64,000 bases of DNA from Rhizaria sp. SCN 62-66 (lineage: Eukaryota), in assembly GCA_001724265.1 (NCBI GenBank), contig MEDY01000183.1:1-64000 (forward strand). The letters run 5' to 3'. The notes under the pieces were generated by a model that was not told where the DNA came from, searched no databases, and saw nothing but the letters and a program-made list of their open reading frames with translations. Position numbers and translations under genes: made by a program. Below are positions 1 through 11,544 of this stretch, one piece after another. Position 1 is the stretch's first letter. Every line of letters begins with the position of its first letter.

Positions 1-239
1 TTGAACGCCTTGAGACCGTTGGGGAGGAGGTGACGGTGAGCCTTGGCGGTACCGAAACCGATCTTGACGGTGCGGGTGTTGGACTTGAAGCGACGGCGGA
101 CGCGGGAGTCGATACCGCGGGGACGGCGCCAGGTGGGCTTGTGGGCCCAGCCGATGCGCTTGTACTTGTCACCGTCGTGGCGGAGGAACGCCTTAGTGTG
201 CTTCTTGACGATCTTGGGCTTGCTCACGGGGATAGCCAT
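1..239 (-). CDS. RPL32: 60S ribosomal protein eL32 (runs off the window start)
   Basis: Absent from the ORF track because it is open to the window edge. Reverse complement from ATG at 239 reads MAIPVSKPKIVKKHTKAFLRHDGDKYKRIGWAHKPTWRRPRGIDSRVRRRFKSNTRTVKIGFGTAKAHRHLLPNGLKAF, matching the eL32 signature KPKIVKK..F.RH..D.Y....W.+PRGID.RVRRRFK....IG+G. Confidence 0.96.
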   Translation of the reverse strand, partial: MAIPVSKPKIVKKHTKAFLRHDGDKYKRIGWAHKPTWRRPRGIDSRVRRRFKSNTRTVKIGFGTAKAHRHLLPNGLKAF

Positions 240-240
240 C

Positions 241-352
241 CTGTCTGTGCGCGCGACAAGGCGGGAAGAGAAGCGAAAAAAGGCGGTTGGCAGTGAGCAA
301 AAGCAGGTGATTTCTTAGGGATCATAGGGCAGCTTCCAGCGCACCCACGCAC
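241..352 (-). other. Probable 5'-UTR intron of RPL32
   Basis: On the minus strand: GTGCGT donor at 352, a pyrimidine tract, and a CAG acceptor ending at 241, one base before the ATG. 112 nt, in line with other introns here. Confidence 0.6.
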
Positions 353-608
353 ATTTCCAAATATAAACTTTCGAGTTCCGCTATAATATTTCCTCAAAAC
401 TTAACGACATGTCAACTTCAAAGACGTTTTGACCCTACACACTCCCTTCTCCAAAGCGCGCACTCATCTCGTCTCTCGCAGCTTTCTCTCTGCCGATCGA
501 GCCCACAGTCACCTGACCGGTGAGTCGGCCCGGTCCAAGAAGAATGGGAGTGAGACGACGAGAGTGGTGGTGTCAAGGGAGCGATTGATATCTCTGCGGT
601 TGACTCAC

Positions 609-3600
609 ATGCTTGGTCCTGAGGAAGCCCAACCGGGCAACGAGCCCTCGGGAAGCTCGCAAGTCGCCACCGAAACTCAAGCGTCGTCGAGTGCAACGAC
701 GAGCGTTGGTACGTCTTATTTTGAAATTTGTGTAGCCGGCGTGATGCGGTCCTGGCGCCGATGTTCACCCATCGCGTCGGCACGGCCCGCGGCCGCTGTT
801 TGTCGTTGTTTCAATTCGCGGCGATGAACCACACCTCGGAAGATGTTTTAACGCATCTCGCATTGCTATCAACCGCTTTCTCTCACCTCTCACCTCACTT
901 GTGCCCCGTTTTCGCGCCCCTGCTCGCCCCACCACAGCGCCGCCGGCCGCCGACGCGGCATCCCCGCGTCCCGCCGCGACCGCGCTCTCCAAGGTGCTCG
1001 GTTTCGACGGCTTCTCCATGGACGACATCGAGACGCGTCGCAGCTCGCGCGTGCGCACACAATATGTGCCTCCTTCCATTCCCGTACGTCTCCGCGCCCT
1101 CGTAAGCCCACTGCTGACACACCGTACGGGCTTTGGCCCCCGCGCCGTATCTGCGCGCCGCTCGCTGTGTTTTAACTTGATATATCACCACGAACGCTTT
1201 TATTCTGTCAAGACGTTTTTGGCACAGCTCTTCACCTTGTTATAGCTACCCCACGCCTCTTTTGTGCCCCGTTTCGGCCCGTTTCGCCTCACCTTTCCTT
1301 CCCCTGCATTTTATATCCGTTGGCACCTCTGTGCATCCCCGCGCGCGTTTTCTCTCGTGCATACAGATCGAGGAGCCCAAACACCGCAAACCCAAGCCCA
1401 GTCCCGCTGCGATCGCGGCCGCGAACCGCGCCGCCGCTGCCGCCGCGGCCGCCGCCGCCCGCACCAGCGCCCGCGCCGCGGCAGCCGCCGCCAAGGCCTC
1501 AAGCCGCAGATCCTCCTCTGGCTCGGGCTCCAGCAAGGGTTCTTCCTCCCGCAGCGGCGGCAGCGGCAGCTACGGGTACGTCTCCGCGCGCGTGGCGGCG
1601 CAGGGCCGCGTGGTGTCGTACAACGAAAGCGACGGCGACGACGACTTCGACGATTTCACAGACTCCGACGACGGCGACGGCGGCAGCGGCAGCAGCAGCG
1701 GCGGCAGCGACGGCTACGACGACGACGAGGACGACGAGAATCAGGCCCGCGGCTCCCGGGGTTCACGCTCCTTCCGCTCCGCGCCCAACACCTCAGGCGG
1801 CGGCGGCGGCGGCTTCGGCGCGGCCAACGCTAACGGCCCCGCCGACGTCAAGTACACGGTGGACCGCGTACTGGACCACTGCGACTGGCCCGAGGGCTCG
1901 TGGCCGCCGACGCTGCTCGAGAGCAACATTTCAGGGCTTGCCACGGCCGCCACCGCCGCCGCCGCTGCGGCTGCGGCTGCTTCGCCCACCTCCGATGCCG
2001 ACGCCGACGCCGACTTTGCGCCTGCGCCTGCGCCTGCTGCGGCTGAGGACAGCAACAAGACAGAGTCCACGTCGGAGAAGTCTGGTGGCGCTGACACACA
2101 GAGTAGCAGCTCTAGCTCCAGCTCTAGCTCTACGGCTGACACGGCCATGACCGATGCCGACGCCGCCGACGCCGTCAACAGCGCTGACGGCGCTGACAGC
2201 GCTGAGCGCCCCACAGTCGCCCCCAGCGCCAACTCGTCGTCTGCGGCGGCCTCCGGGGCGTCTGCGGCGGCGTCGGCGCTGACCCGGCGCTTCCTGATCA
2301 AGTGGCAGGACTGCTCGGTCGCCTCGGCGACGTGGAACACCGAGGCCGAGCTGGCCGACTGGGGCGTGGCGGGGCTCAAGAAGGTGCGCAACTACGCGCT
2401 GCGCACGGCCGCGCGCGACGCCTGGCTGGCGGGCTGCGGCGACGAGGACCGTGAGCAAGCCGCCGTGGCCGCCGAGGTTGCGCGCGAGGGCCTCGCGGCC
2501 GCGCTGCGGCCCGAACGCGTGGTGGCCCAGCGGGAGATCCACCCCGGAGACCTGCTCGAGGAGGCCTGGGCGCGCGAGAAGCGTCGCGGCGGCGGCGTCG
2601 GGCCGAACGGCCTGGCGGCCAGCGAGGACCCCGCGCTCGTGGAGGCCGACTACCCGGTGTGGACGGTGCAGTACCTGGTCAAGTGGGCCGGGCTGGGCTA
2701 CGAGGAATGCACGTGGGAGACGGCCGCCGCGCTGGGTCCCGACGCGGGCGTCGCGCTCATCGACGAGTTCCACGCCCGCGGGCAGTCGATGCAGGAGCTG
2801 GCCGACCGCGCCGCTGCCGCCGCGGCCGCCAGCAAGGCCGGGTCCGCCAAGGCCGGCAGCAAGGGCGGCGGCGCCAACGCGGCGATGAATGGTAACGGAC
2901 TCGTGCTGAACCGCGAGTACCACCGCATGGCGGAGCAGCCCGCTTACCTGGGCGGCGCGGGCGCGGAGTCGGCCGACGAGCTGCTCGCGCAGGCGCAGGA
3001 GTCGGCCGAAGTCTCCACCGCCGTCACCGCCGCCGCCGCCACCGCCACCGAGGCGCGTGCACAGGCCGACGCCGCCGTGGCCGCCGCGGCCGCCGCGCCC
3101 GGGGACGCCGCGCTGGCCGCCGCGGCCGCCGCGGCCGAGGCCGCGGCCGCGACCGCCGAGGCGACCGCCGCCGAGGCCAAGGAGGCCTCACGCGCGGCCC
3201 GCGCGGCCAAGGTGCAGGCCTTCTTGGCGGGCCGGCAGCTGCGCAGCTACCAGCTTGACGGGCTCAACTGGATGGTGCGCAACTGGTGCCTGGGCGTCAA
3301 CGGCATCCTTGCCGACGAGATGGGCCTGGGCAAGACGGTCCAGTGCGCGTGCGTGCTAGCGCATTTATTTCACGCGCGGAACCTGCCGGGCCCGTTCCTG
3401 GTGGTGGTGCCGCTGACGACGATCCACAACTGGCACCGCGAGCTCACCAAGTGGGCGCCCGCGCTCAACACTGTGCTCTACATCGGTACGGCGGCTGCGC
3501 GCGAGGTGCTGCGCGAGCACGAGCTCTGGCTCGCCAACCCGCCCGGCGTGCCCAAGTTTATCCGACGGCCCAAGTTCAACATCCTGCTCACGACGTACGA

Positions 3601-6600
3601 GTTTGTGGTCAAAGACCGGCCCGTGCTCTCGCCGGTCAAGTGGGCCTACCTCATGGTCGACGAGGCGCACCGCCTCAAGGACCACCGCGCGCAGCTCTAC
3701 CGCGCGCTGTCCGAATTCAAGACAGACTCGCGGCTGCTCATCACGGGCACGCCGCTGCAGAACTCGGTTCGCGAGCTCTGGTGCCTGCTCCACTTCCTCC
3801 ACCCCAACCGCTTCAACTCGCTCGACCAGTTCGAGGCGGAGTACGTTCAATGATTCAAATAGGCTTTTATATTTGTTTAAAACTCATTTTATCATGCATT
3901 TCATTTTTCTTTTCATTTTTGTTTGTTTGTGATTTGATCTCTGCATGCACTTATCGTCTCATTTGTCATATCATTATGTTTTGTTTCCCCTGATTGTTCG
4001 ACCTTGCCGTGCCATAGGTACGGCGGGATCCGCGACGAGGCGCAGATTGCACGGCTGCACGCGCTGCTGCAGCCGCACCTGCTGCGCCGCGTGAAGAAGG
4101 ACGTGCTGCGCGCGATGCCCGGCAAGACGGAGCGCATTGTGCGCGTCGACCTGGCCGCCCCGCAGCGGCGTCTCTACCGCGCCGTGCTGAGCAGGAACTT
4201 CCGCGAGCTCACGCGCGGCGGGCGCGGCGGCGCGGCGGGCAAGGCGTCGCTGACCAACATCATCATGGAGCTCAAGAAGTGCTGCAACCATGCGCACCTG
4301 ATCGACGCGCGCGTGGAGACCGCGGAAGAAGCGGCGGCGGCGACGGCGCTGCAGATGCAGTACATGCAGTGGGTGGTGACCCCGCCCGAGGGCTCGCCGC
4401 TGGCTGTGGCGACCGTGCCCGAGCAGTCGCGGCGGCGGCTCGCGGCGCTGGTGCGCCAGTCGGGCAAGCTGGCGCTCGTGGACAAGATGCTGTGCCGGCT
4501 GTACGAACAAGGCCACCGCGTGCTGCTCTTCTCGCAGATGGTCCGCATGCTCGACGTGCTCGACGAGTACATGGCGCTGCGCGGCTTCATGCACCAGCGC
4601 CTCGACGGCGGCATGAAGGCCGCGGACCGCCAGAGCGCCATGGACCGCTACAACGCGCCACGCTCGCGCTACTTCTCCTTCCTGCTGTCGACGCGCGCGG
4701 GCGGGCTGGGCATCAACCTGGCCACGGCCGACACGGTCATCATCTTCGACTCCGACTGGAACCCCCAGAACGACCTCCAGGTACGCAATGATTACACACA
4801 GACCGCGTTATTTGATTATGAAAATCAATATTTCAGACTCGTACATTTGTATTTCAATATTTCATGATCGTTTCTCACATTTTTTGATTTAAATCATCTT
4901 CATATTTCTGTTGTTTGTTCCTCTTCTTCAGGCTGAAGCCCGCGCGCACCGGCTGGGCCAGCAGTCGACGGTGGCCATCTATCGCATGGTGACCAAGGAC
5001 TCCGTGGAGGAGAAGGTACTGGAGAAGGCGAAGCGCAAGATGGTGCTGGATCACCTGATCATCCAGCGCATGGACGGCTCGGGCGCGGGCGCCAAGAAAG
5101 GCGCCGCCGCGGCGGGCGCGGGCGGCGCCGCCTCGGGCGCGGGCATGTTTGACGCCAAGGAGCTCCGCAAGATCCTCCAGTTCGGCGCTGAGCAGCTCTT
5201 CCGCGAGGTGCAGCAGCCCACCGCCTCCGCCACCGCCTCTGCCACCGCAAACGCCGCTGTTGCTGTGGCGGAAGACGGCTCCGAGGGCGGCGCCAGCGCG
5301 AGTGCGAGTACGAGTGCGAGCGCTGCCACTGACGCGGACGCGAGCCCCAGCCCTGACGCCGCCGCGACCGCTGCGGCGTCTGATGCGGCGACTGCTGGCG
5401 TGCCCTCAACGGCGACTGGGACCGCAATGACCGACTCTGACGACGCCGCTGCCGCTGCCACTGCCACCGCTGCCGCTGCCGCTGCTGCCGAGGCTGCCGA
5501 GGCCGAGGAGACCGCGGCGAACGCGGCGGCCGTGGTCTCCGGCGCGGGCGCGGGCGCGTCGACGAGCACGTACCAGATGCCGACGCTGGGCGGGCCCATC
5601 GCGCCGGGCCCCCTGCTGGCGGCCGTGGACCTGGACGAGCTGCTGTACCGCCCCTCGGTCGAGGAGGCCGAGGCCGAGGCCGCGCGCCACGCCGCCGACG
5701 ACAACGCCGCCGAGGACCAGACCGACGCCTTCCTCGCGGCCTTCAAGGTCACCGACCTCTCCAACACCAGCGCCAGCGCCAGCGCCGACGGCGACGCCAG
5801 CGGCAGCGGCAGCAGCTCTGCCGCCGCCGCGCGCGCCGCCGCGGCCGCCGCGGCCGGGCTGCCTCCCGACGAGGACGACGACGAGGATGACGACGACGAC
5901 GACGACGACGACGGGGGGGCCGTATGGCGCCGCCTGATGCCCGACTTGGACGTGGCGGCGGCGTCCGTGGCCGGTCTAACCGAGGCGCCCGAGGGGCTGG
6001 ACATCAGCGCGGTGCTCGACGGGCTCGCCCCGCGCCGCCGCAACGTCGTCAAGTCGTACAACGAGAACGCGCTGAACCGCTTCGAGGGCTCTGGCGACGA
6101 GGACGAGGACGAGGACGAGGACGATGACGGCGACGGGGACCGCGGAGACGACGACGACGACGACGATGATGACGACGACGAGGACGGAGGCGCCGCCGCG
6201 CGCCGCCGCCGCCGCGAGAGCGGGGCCGCCGGTGGCGCGGGCGCTGGCGCGGGCGGCGGCGGCACGGGCTCCCGCTCCCTGCATCGCTACAGCGGCCGTG
6301 ACGTCCAGCGCCTGCTCCGCGCATTCCTCTTCCAGGTACGGCCATCTTGAGCTTTAGAGGCATTATTTCTTTATTTCAACATTCTTTTCATTATTCAAGC
6401 TTATCTTCATTTCATTAATATTATATCTCATTTTTGTTATCGTTGGCTCACATATTTGTGTTATATTATCGCATTTGTGCTTTCCGCAGGGCGGCATCGA
6501 GCGCGCGGTGGCGTACTTGGCGCCGCGCAAGTGGGGCAAGCGGCGAGAGTATGTCCCGGCCGAGGAGCTCCGCGAGGCGCTGCAGTCGCTCGTCGGGACC

Positions 6601-9429
6601 TGTTTACGAGCCGTCGCCAACGCCGCCGCCGCCGCCGCCGCAGCAGCCGGCGCCGACTCGGACGCCGCTGCTGCCGCTGCCGCCGCCAGCGCGAACGCGA
6701 ACGCTGCAGACGGTGGCGCGGAGGCCGGCGGCGAGGGCGGGGCGAAGAAGGCGCGCAAGTGGGTCTCCGTGGAGTGGTCGGGGCTGGACATCAACGCCAG
6801 CGAGGTGGCCATGCGCGCGGCTGAAATGCCTTTGCTCATCGCCGCTGTCGAGACGGCCGCCTTCCAGACCCCGCAGGCCGCCGCGGAGGGGCTGCTGCCG
6901 CACGGGCCCGCGCCCGCGCCCGCGGCGGCCGCTGCTGCTGCGGCAGGGGCCTCCGCTAACAGCACCGACATCAACAGCAGCAGCAGCGCCAGCGCTGAGA
7001 CGGCTACTGATTCCGCTTCCGAGCTCAAGGCAGCTGCGGACGCTGACTCGAGCGCCAAGAAGGCTCAGGCACAGGCCAAGGCCGGCGGCAAGGGCGGCGA
7101 GCCCACCGCGGCGTCCGAGGGCTACGTCGAGCCTGTGTCAGACCCCCGCGTGCGCGCCTTTTTGCTGCGGCAGTGGCCCGCGGGGGGCTTCCCGCTGCGG
7201 CACTTCCGGCTGCGCGCTGACCACGTGCCCGCGGTGAAGCGGTGGACGGGCGTGGCGTGGGGGCCCGCGCAGGACGCGGCGCTGCTGCTGGGAGTGTACC
7301 TCTACGGCATGTCGCGCATGCGGCGCATCGTGCGCGACCCCAGGCTCGGGCTCGCGCACGTGCTCTTCGAGGAGGAGGAGCAGGAGCAGGAACAGGAGGC
7401 TGAGGCTGAGAGCAAAGCTGAGGCTGAGGCTGAGGCTGAGGCTGAGGTTAAGGCTGAGGCTGAGGTTAAGGCTGAGGCTGAGCCTAAGGCTGCCACTGCT
7501 GTTGACATGACTGACGACGACGCTGCCCCCGCTGCCCACCCTGCCACTGACGCCAGCGCCGATGCGAGTGCAAGGGCCAGTGCGGCTGAGGGCGATGAGG
7601 TCAAGACTGAGGTCAAGGCCGAGCCCGTTGGCGTTGCCGTCGGCGTTGCTATGACCGACGACTCCACTCCCGCTGCCTCTGAGAGCGCTGCGCCGGCTGC
7701 CACTGGCGCTGCCGCCGCTGCTGCTGCTGCTGAGTCTGCGGACGCTGCCGTCAAGACTGAGCCTGCCACCGTCGCTGCCGCTGTTGATGCCGACACCAAG
7801 CCTGAGGCCAACGTTTCTCCTGCGGCCGCTGCGGCTTCCGTCGAGACTGAGACGAAGGCTGAGACGGCGGCCAAGGCTGAGGTTGAGACTGAGACTGCTG
7901 CTGCTCCTGTTGCGGCCGCTGCTACAGTTAAGGCCGAGGCAAAGGCCCCCGAGTCTGGCTCCAAACCTGACTCGGACTCGAAGTCCGATACCAAGCCTGT
8001 TATCGCTAGCTCCAGCTCTGCCGCCCCGGCCACTGAGGGTGGCGACGGCGAGGGCGGCGACGGCGAGGGCGACGGCGAGGTGAGCGATACCGAGGCGGGC
8101 GACCCCGCGAACCAGCTGGTGCGCACGCAGCTGCTGATCAACCGCGCGGGTGCGCTGCTGCGCTGCCTGCTCCAGCAGCGCGAGCGCGAAGACGCCGCGC
8201 GGCGCGCGGAGGCCGCGCGGGAGGCCGCGCGCGCCGCCAAAGCCGAGGCGCGGCGCCGCGAGGCCGAGACGCGGCGCGCGGAGTCCGGCGCGGCCAAGGC
8301 GGCTGCGCGCGAGGCCGCGGCCGAGGAGAAGCGCCGCGAACGCGAGGGCGCGGCCGCCGAGAAGAAAGCCGAGAAGGACCGTGAGCGCGCCGAGAAGGAG
8401 CGCGAGCGCGCCGAGAAGGCCGCTGCCAAGGGCGGCGACCCCACCAGCTCCTCTGCTGGCGGGGGCGCGGTGGGCGCTGCCGCTGCCGACGGCGACGCCG
8501 GTGCGGGCGCGGGTGCGAGCAAGAAGCGTCCGAGCGCGAGCAGCGGCAGCAAGAGCAAGAAGAAGGACGGCGAGTCCGGCTCCGGCGCTGCAGGCGCGGC
8601 TGCTGCGGACACTGACAAGAGAGACGATGGGGGCAAGGCGAAGGCGGCCAAGGCCAAGAGCGCGGCTCCCAAGAAGAAGGCCGACAAGAAGGACAAGGAT
8701 GACAAAAAGGCCGAGAAGAAGGCCGATAAGAAGGACAAGAAGGACAAGAAGAAGAGGAGCAAGAGCAGCAAGGGCAAGAAGGGTTCTGGCTCCGACGACG
8801 ACTCGGACTCTGAGTCCTCGTCCTCGTCCTCGTCGTCCTCTTCTGACTCGGACTCCTCGTCTGATTCCGGCTCCGACTCCGACTCCGGCTCTGGCTCCGA
8901 CTCGGGCGCCGTGCGCCCCAAGTCCAAGAAGTTCCGCCCCGCCCCCAGCACCTCCACCTCCAGCTCTAGCTCTGGCTCTAGCTCGAGCAGTGCGAGCGGC
9001 AGTGGCGACGGCAGCGGGGCTGGCACGGCGGCGGCGGCGGCGACGCAGCTACCCGGGCGCTTCGGGCTGACCTTCCCGCTGGACCGTGCGATCCTGAAGC
9101 TGTGCAAGGCCGAGCTGGACGCTGTGCCCGCCGCGCACGCGGGGCTCAAGGCGCTGCTCGCGGTCAAGAAGTCGCCCGGCGGCTGGGAGGACCACGACAA
9201 CCGGCGCCGCAGCGCGGGCCCGCTGCGCGCCGTCGGCGACGCCGCCGAGGCCATCGCCGCGGGCTTCGCCACGCAGGCCGCCGCGGCCGACGCCAAGGAG
9301 GCCGAGGCGCGGGAGACCGGGGAGCGCGTGGCGGTGCACCTGTGGCACTATGTGTCGCTCTACGCGGGGCAGTCCGGCCGCGCGCTCCGCAGGGTCTACG
9401 AGAAGTTGCTCGAGAGCGGCAAAAAGTAA
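609..9429 (+). CDS. CHD1: CHD1/CHD2-type chromodomain helicase (SNF2 remodeller), ~2,608 aa; exons 609-708, 938-1083, 1367-3840, 4018-4780, 4932-6335, 6490-9429
   Basis: Two chromodomains (FLIKWQ..., [16 protein letters not shown]); SNF2 motifs [39 protein letters not shown]; helicase-C motifs [48 protein letters not shown]-like [21 protein letters not shown]-like C-terminus HLWHYVSLY. All five GTACG..AG introns join in frame. Ends TAA. The first two short exons are less certain. Confidence 0.93.
7396..7491 (+). repeat. Coding (GAGGCT)n / 18-bp minisatellite encoding [11 protein letters not shown] inside CHD1
   Basis: Repeated gctgag units and two gctgaggctgaggttaag units seen directly. Confidence 0.8.
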
Positions 9430-10217
9430 ACGAAACGAAGCAAACTGACGCGACGAATGAGTGGCAAACGATAAGGCACGTTGTAACGTGTGTGATGTTA
9501 AACCACCGCTTTCTTTGGCTTATTTCTTGCATTTATATCAGATATGTAGTTTTCAAACGAACGTAACACTGGAATGAATAGTTACAAAACCCCTAAATAA
9601 ATTATTATCTTCAAAAATATGCACTCTCTGGACTTGTTTGATATGCCTGCGAAGTTGAAATGGGCTATAGTCAGTCTGGACCGTGCTTTTTTTTTTTCGG
9701 AACCGTTCGGGCCTAAGGAGCAACAACCACCCACAGCTGCCGCCGGTTTCTTGCTCGCAACTTTGGAGGTTTATTTCGACCCTATGGTGCTGTCACATGG
9801 CGATAGGGTTCGCCCACATATTGTTTTGAGAGCGTTTGTACTAGTTCACAAAGTCATTTTGTCACTGCGGCGCGCGCTTGTGCCTGATTTCAATTTGCCT
9901 AAGATCTCCAAACGGTCCCTCACTTGAGTGCCTTGTTGCCGTTCTTTCCGCGTGTCTCACGACTTTGCCCGTCCTCACACGCTTATGCCTACATGTCATT
10001 TCCACTTTAAACAGGCTTTTCTTTCTTCCCGCTAAACTCCGGCAGACTGTCCCGACGTCTTTGCCTGTTTATACGAGTCGAAACTCCTCTTCTCTCCCTT
10101 CCCCAGTCAATCACTGTTTCTTGGCTCGCCTTCTCCGCAGCCGCCCCGCCCCCTTCGTTCCTCCTCTTCCGCCCCGCTCCTGCGCCGGTTCTACCCCTTT
10201 GCGTGCGGTTTGCCCCC

Positions 10218-11074
10218 ATGCGTTGCTTTTCTCTCCTCGCCCTGGCACTCGGGCTCGCGCTCGCTCTCAGCTCAGTCGCCTCCGCCGCTGCCGCACAACA
10301 GCCGCAGCAGGCCTCCGCAATCTCCGCAGTCGCCCCCGCGGCGGGCTCGACCACGACGACGGACCGCAAGGTCGTATACACCTACTGGGAGGGCTCCATT
10401 GACTGCCAGAATGGCCACAAATACGTCGTCGAGTACACTGAGGGCGCCGGCTGCCACCAGGTGCGTCCTTACCACAATCCAAACCTCTCCCGACTCTCCT
10501 TGGCTTCGTCGTCTGCTCTTGTTAAGACTTCAAACGTCATTATATTTTGCTTAAACCAAGTTCTTACTATCGATTTTTTTGATTACATCTTATATTTGGC
10601 TTTCATCTCACATTTACATCTTTTGTGTCTCCAATTCGCTCCCTGCTCCGACGCCTGTCTGTTTCCCGTCTTGTTTCTTTGTCTTCTGTCTTTGTTTGCC
10701 TTTCGCGCGCGCAGATTCTCGGCGAGGGCTACACGACGCCGGTCTACTACACGATGAACTGCGGCGGCGCCACGGTGACCAACGGTGGCGAGACCTCGAC
10801 GCTCTGGAACGAGACGGTGACTGTGCAGTTCTACTCTGACGCCGCCTGCGCGACTGCCATGGCGCCGCAGACCATCTACGAGCAGTCGTCGTGCCTCGAC
10901 GTGCACGGCTCCTACTACCAGTCGCAGCGCTGGGAGTGCGCGGCGGGCAAGGCGCAGTGCATGCTGTGCCCCAACAACGCCGCTGCCGCGCCGCACGCCG
11001 CGGCCGCTGCCACCGCGCTGCTCGCTGCCGCAGTTACGGCCGCCGCGTCGCTGCTCGCGCTCGTCGTGCTCTAA
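10218..11074 (+). CDS. Small secreted Cys-rich protein, probably GPI-anchored, ~200 aa; exons 10218-10460, 10715-11074
   Basis: N-terminal signal peptide MRCFSLLALALGLALALSSVASA; phase-0 intron GTGCGT..GCAG; Cys/Tyr/Thr-rich core; C-terminal NNAAAAP spacer then hydrophobic tail ALLAAAVTAAASLLALVVL with no cytoplasmic residues. Ends TAA. Confidence 0.8.
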
Positions 11075-11110
11075 GCCTCGTCGTGCTCTAAGCCTCGTCG
11101 TGCTCTAAGC
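11060..11110 (+). repeat. Three perfect 17-bp tandem copies (ctcgtcgtgctctaagc) spanning the stop codon
   Basis: Copies at 11060-11076, 11077-11093 and 11094-11110. Confidence 0.95.
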
Positions 11111-11506
11111 GGGACGACGCTCCGCGCATACGCAGCAGATGCTAAGCTAGGCACGTGCTTTACGCTCAGCTAAGCAAGGACCTTGATACAAACAAGGATT
11201 TAGCAGCACACAAGGCAAATACAGGCAGCTAATCAAGCTAAAGGCAAGCAAGTCGACAGTGACGTATATGCAGCTGCTGCGTTTGCTTGACTTGTTGGTT
11301 GTCACCCCGAATTGAATCCAATCCCCACACACGTAATTCCCGCTGCCGTCACTGGCCCGGCCGCATACCAGCCGCTAGCCCACACAGTTCACACAGTGAC
11401 AGTGACAGTCACACGGTCACTTGGTCTCAGTTCAAACCTTCGGCCATGGAGCTGACTCTGATCGATGGATTTGTGACTAACAGCAGCAATAATCGCCCAT
11501 TGTACA

Positions 11507-11544
11507 CCCCCCCCCCCCCCCCCCCCCCCCCCCNCCCCCCCCCC
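11507..11544. repeat. Poly-C homopolymer with one N (11534); true length unresolved
   Basis: Seen directly. The N suggests an assembly join inside the homopolymer. Confidence 0.95.

Noticed and set aside
30-318. Plus-strand ORFs at the window start
   Set aside because: Antisense shadows of RPL32.
9619-10402. ORFs 9619-9927 and 9878-10402
   Set aside because: AT- and pyrimidine-rich, lacking the codon bias of real genes here, with no recognisable motifs; probably intergenic or 5' UTR.
11060-11110. Short direct repeats as a CRISPR array
   Set aside because: No spacers, 17-bp unit, eukaryotic context and no cas genes.
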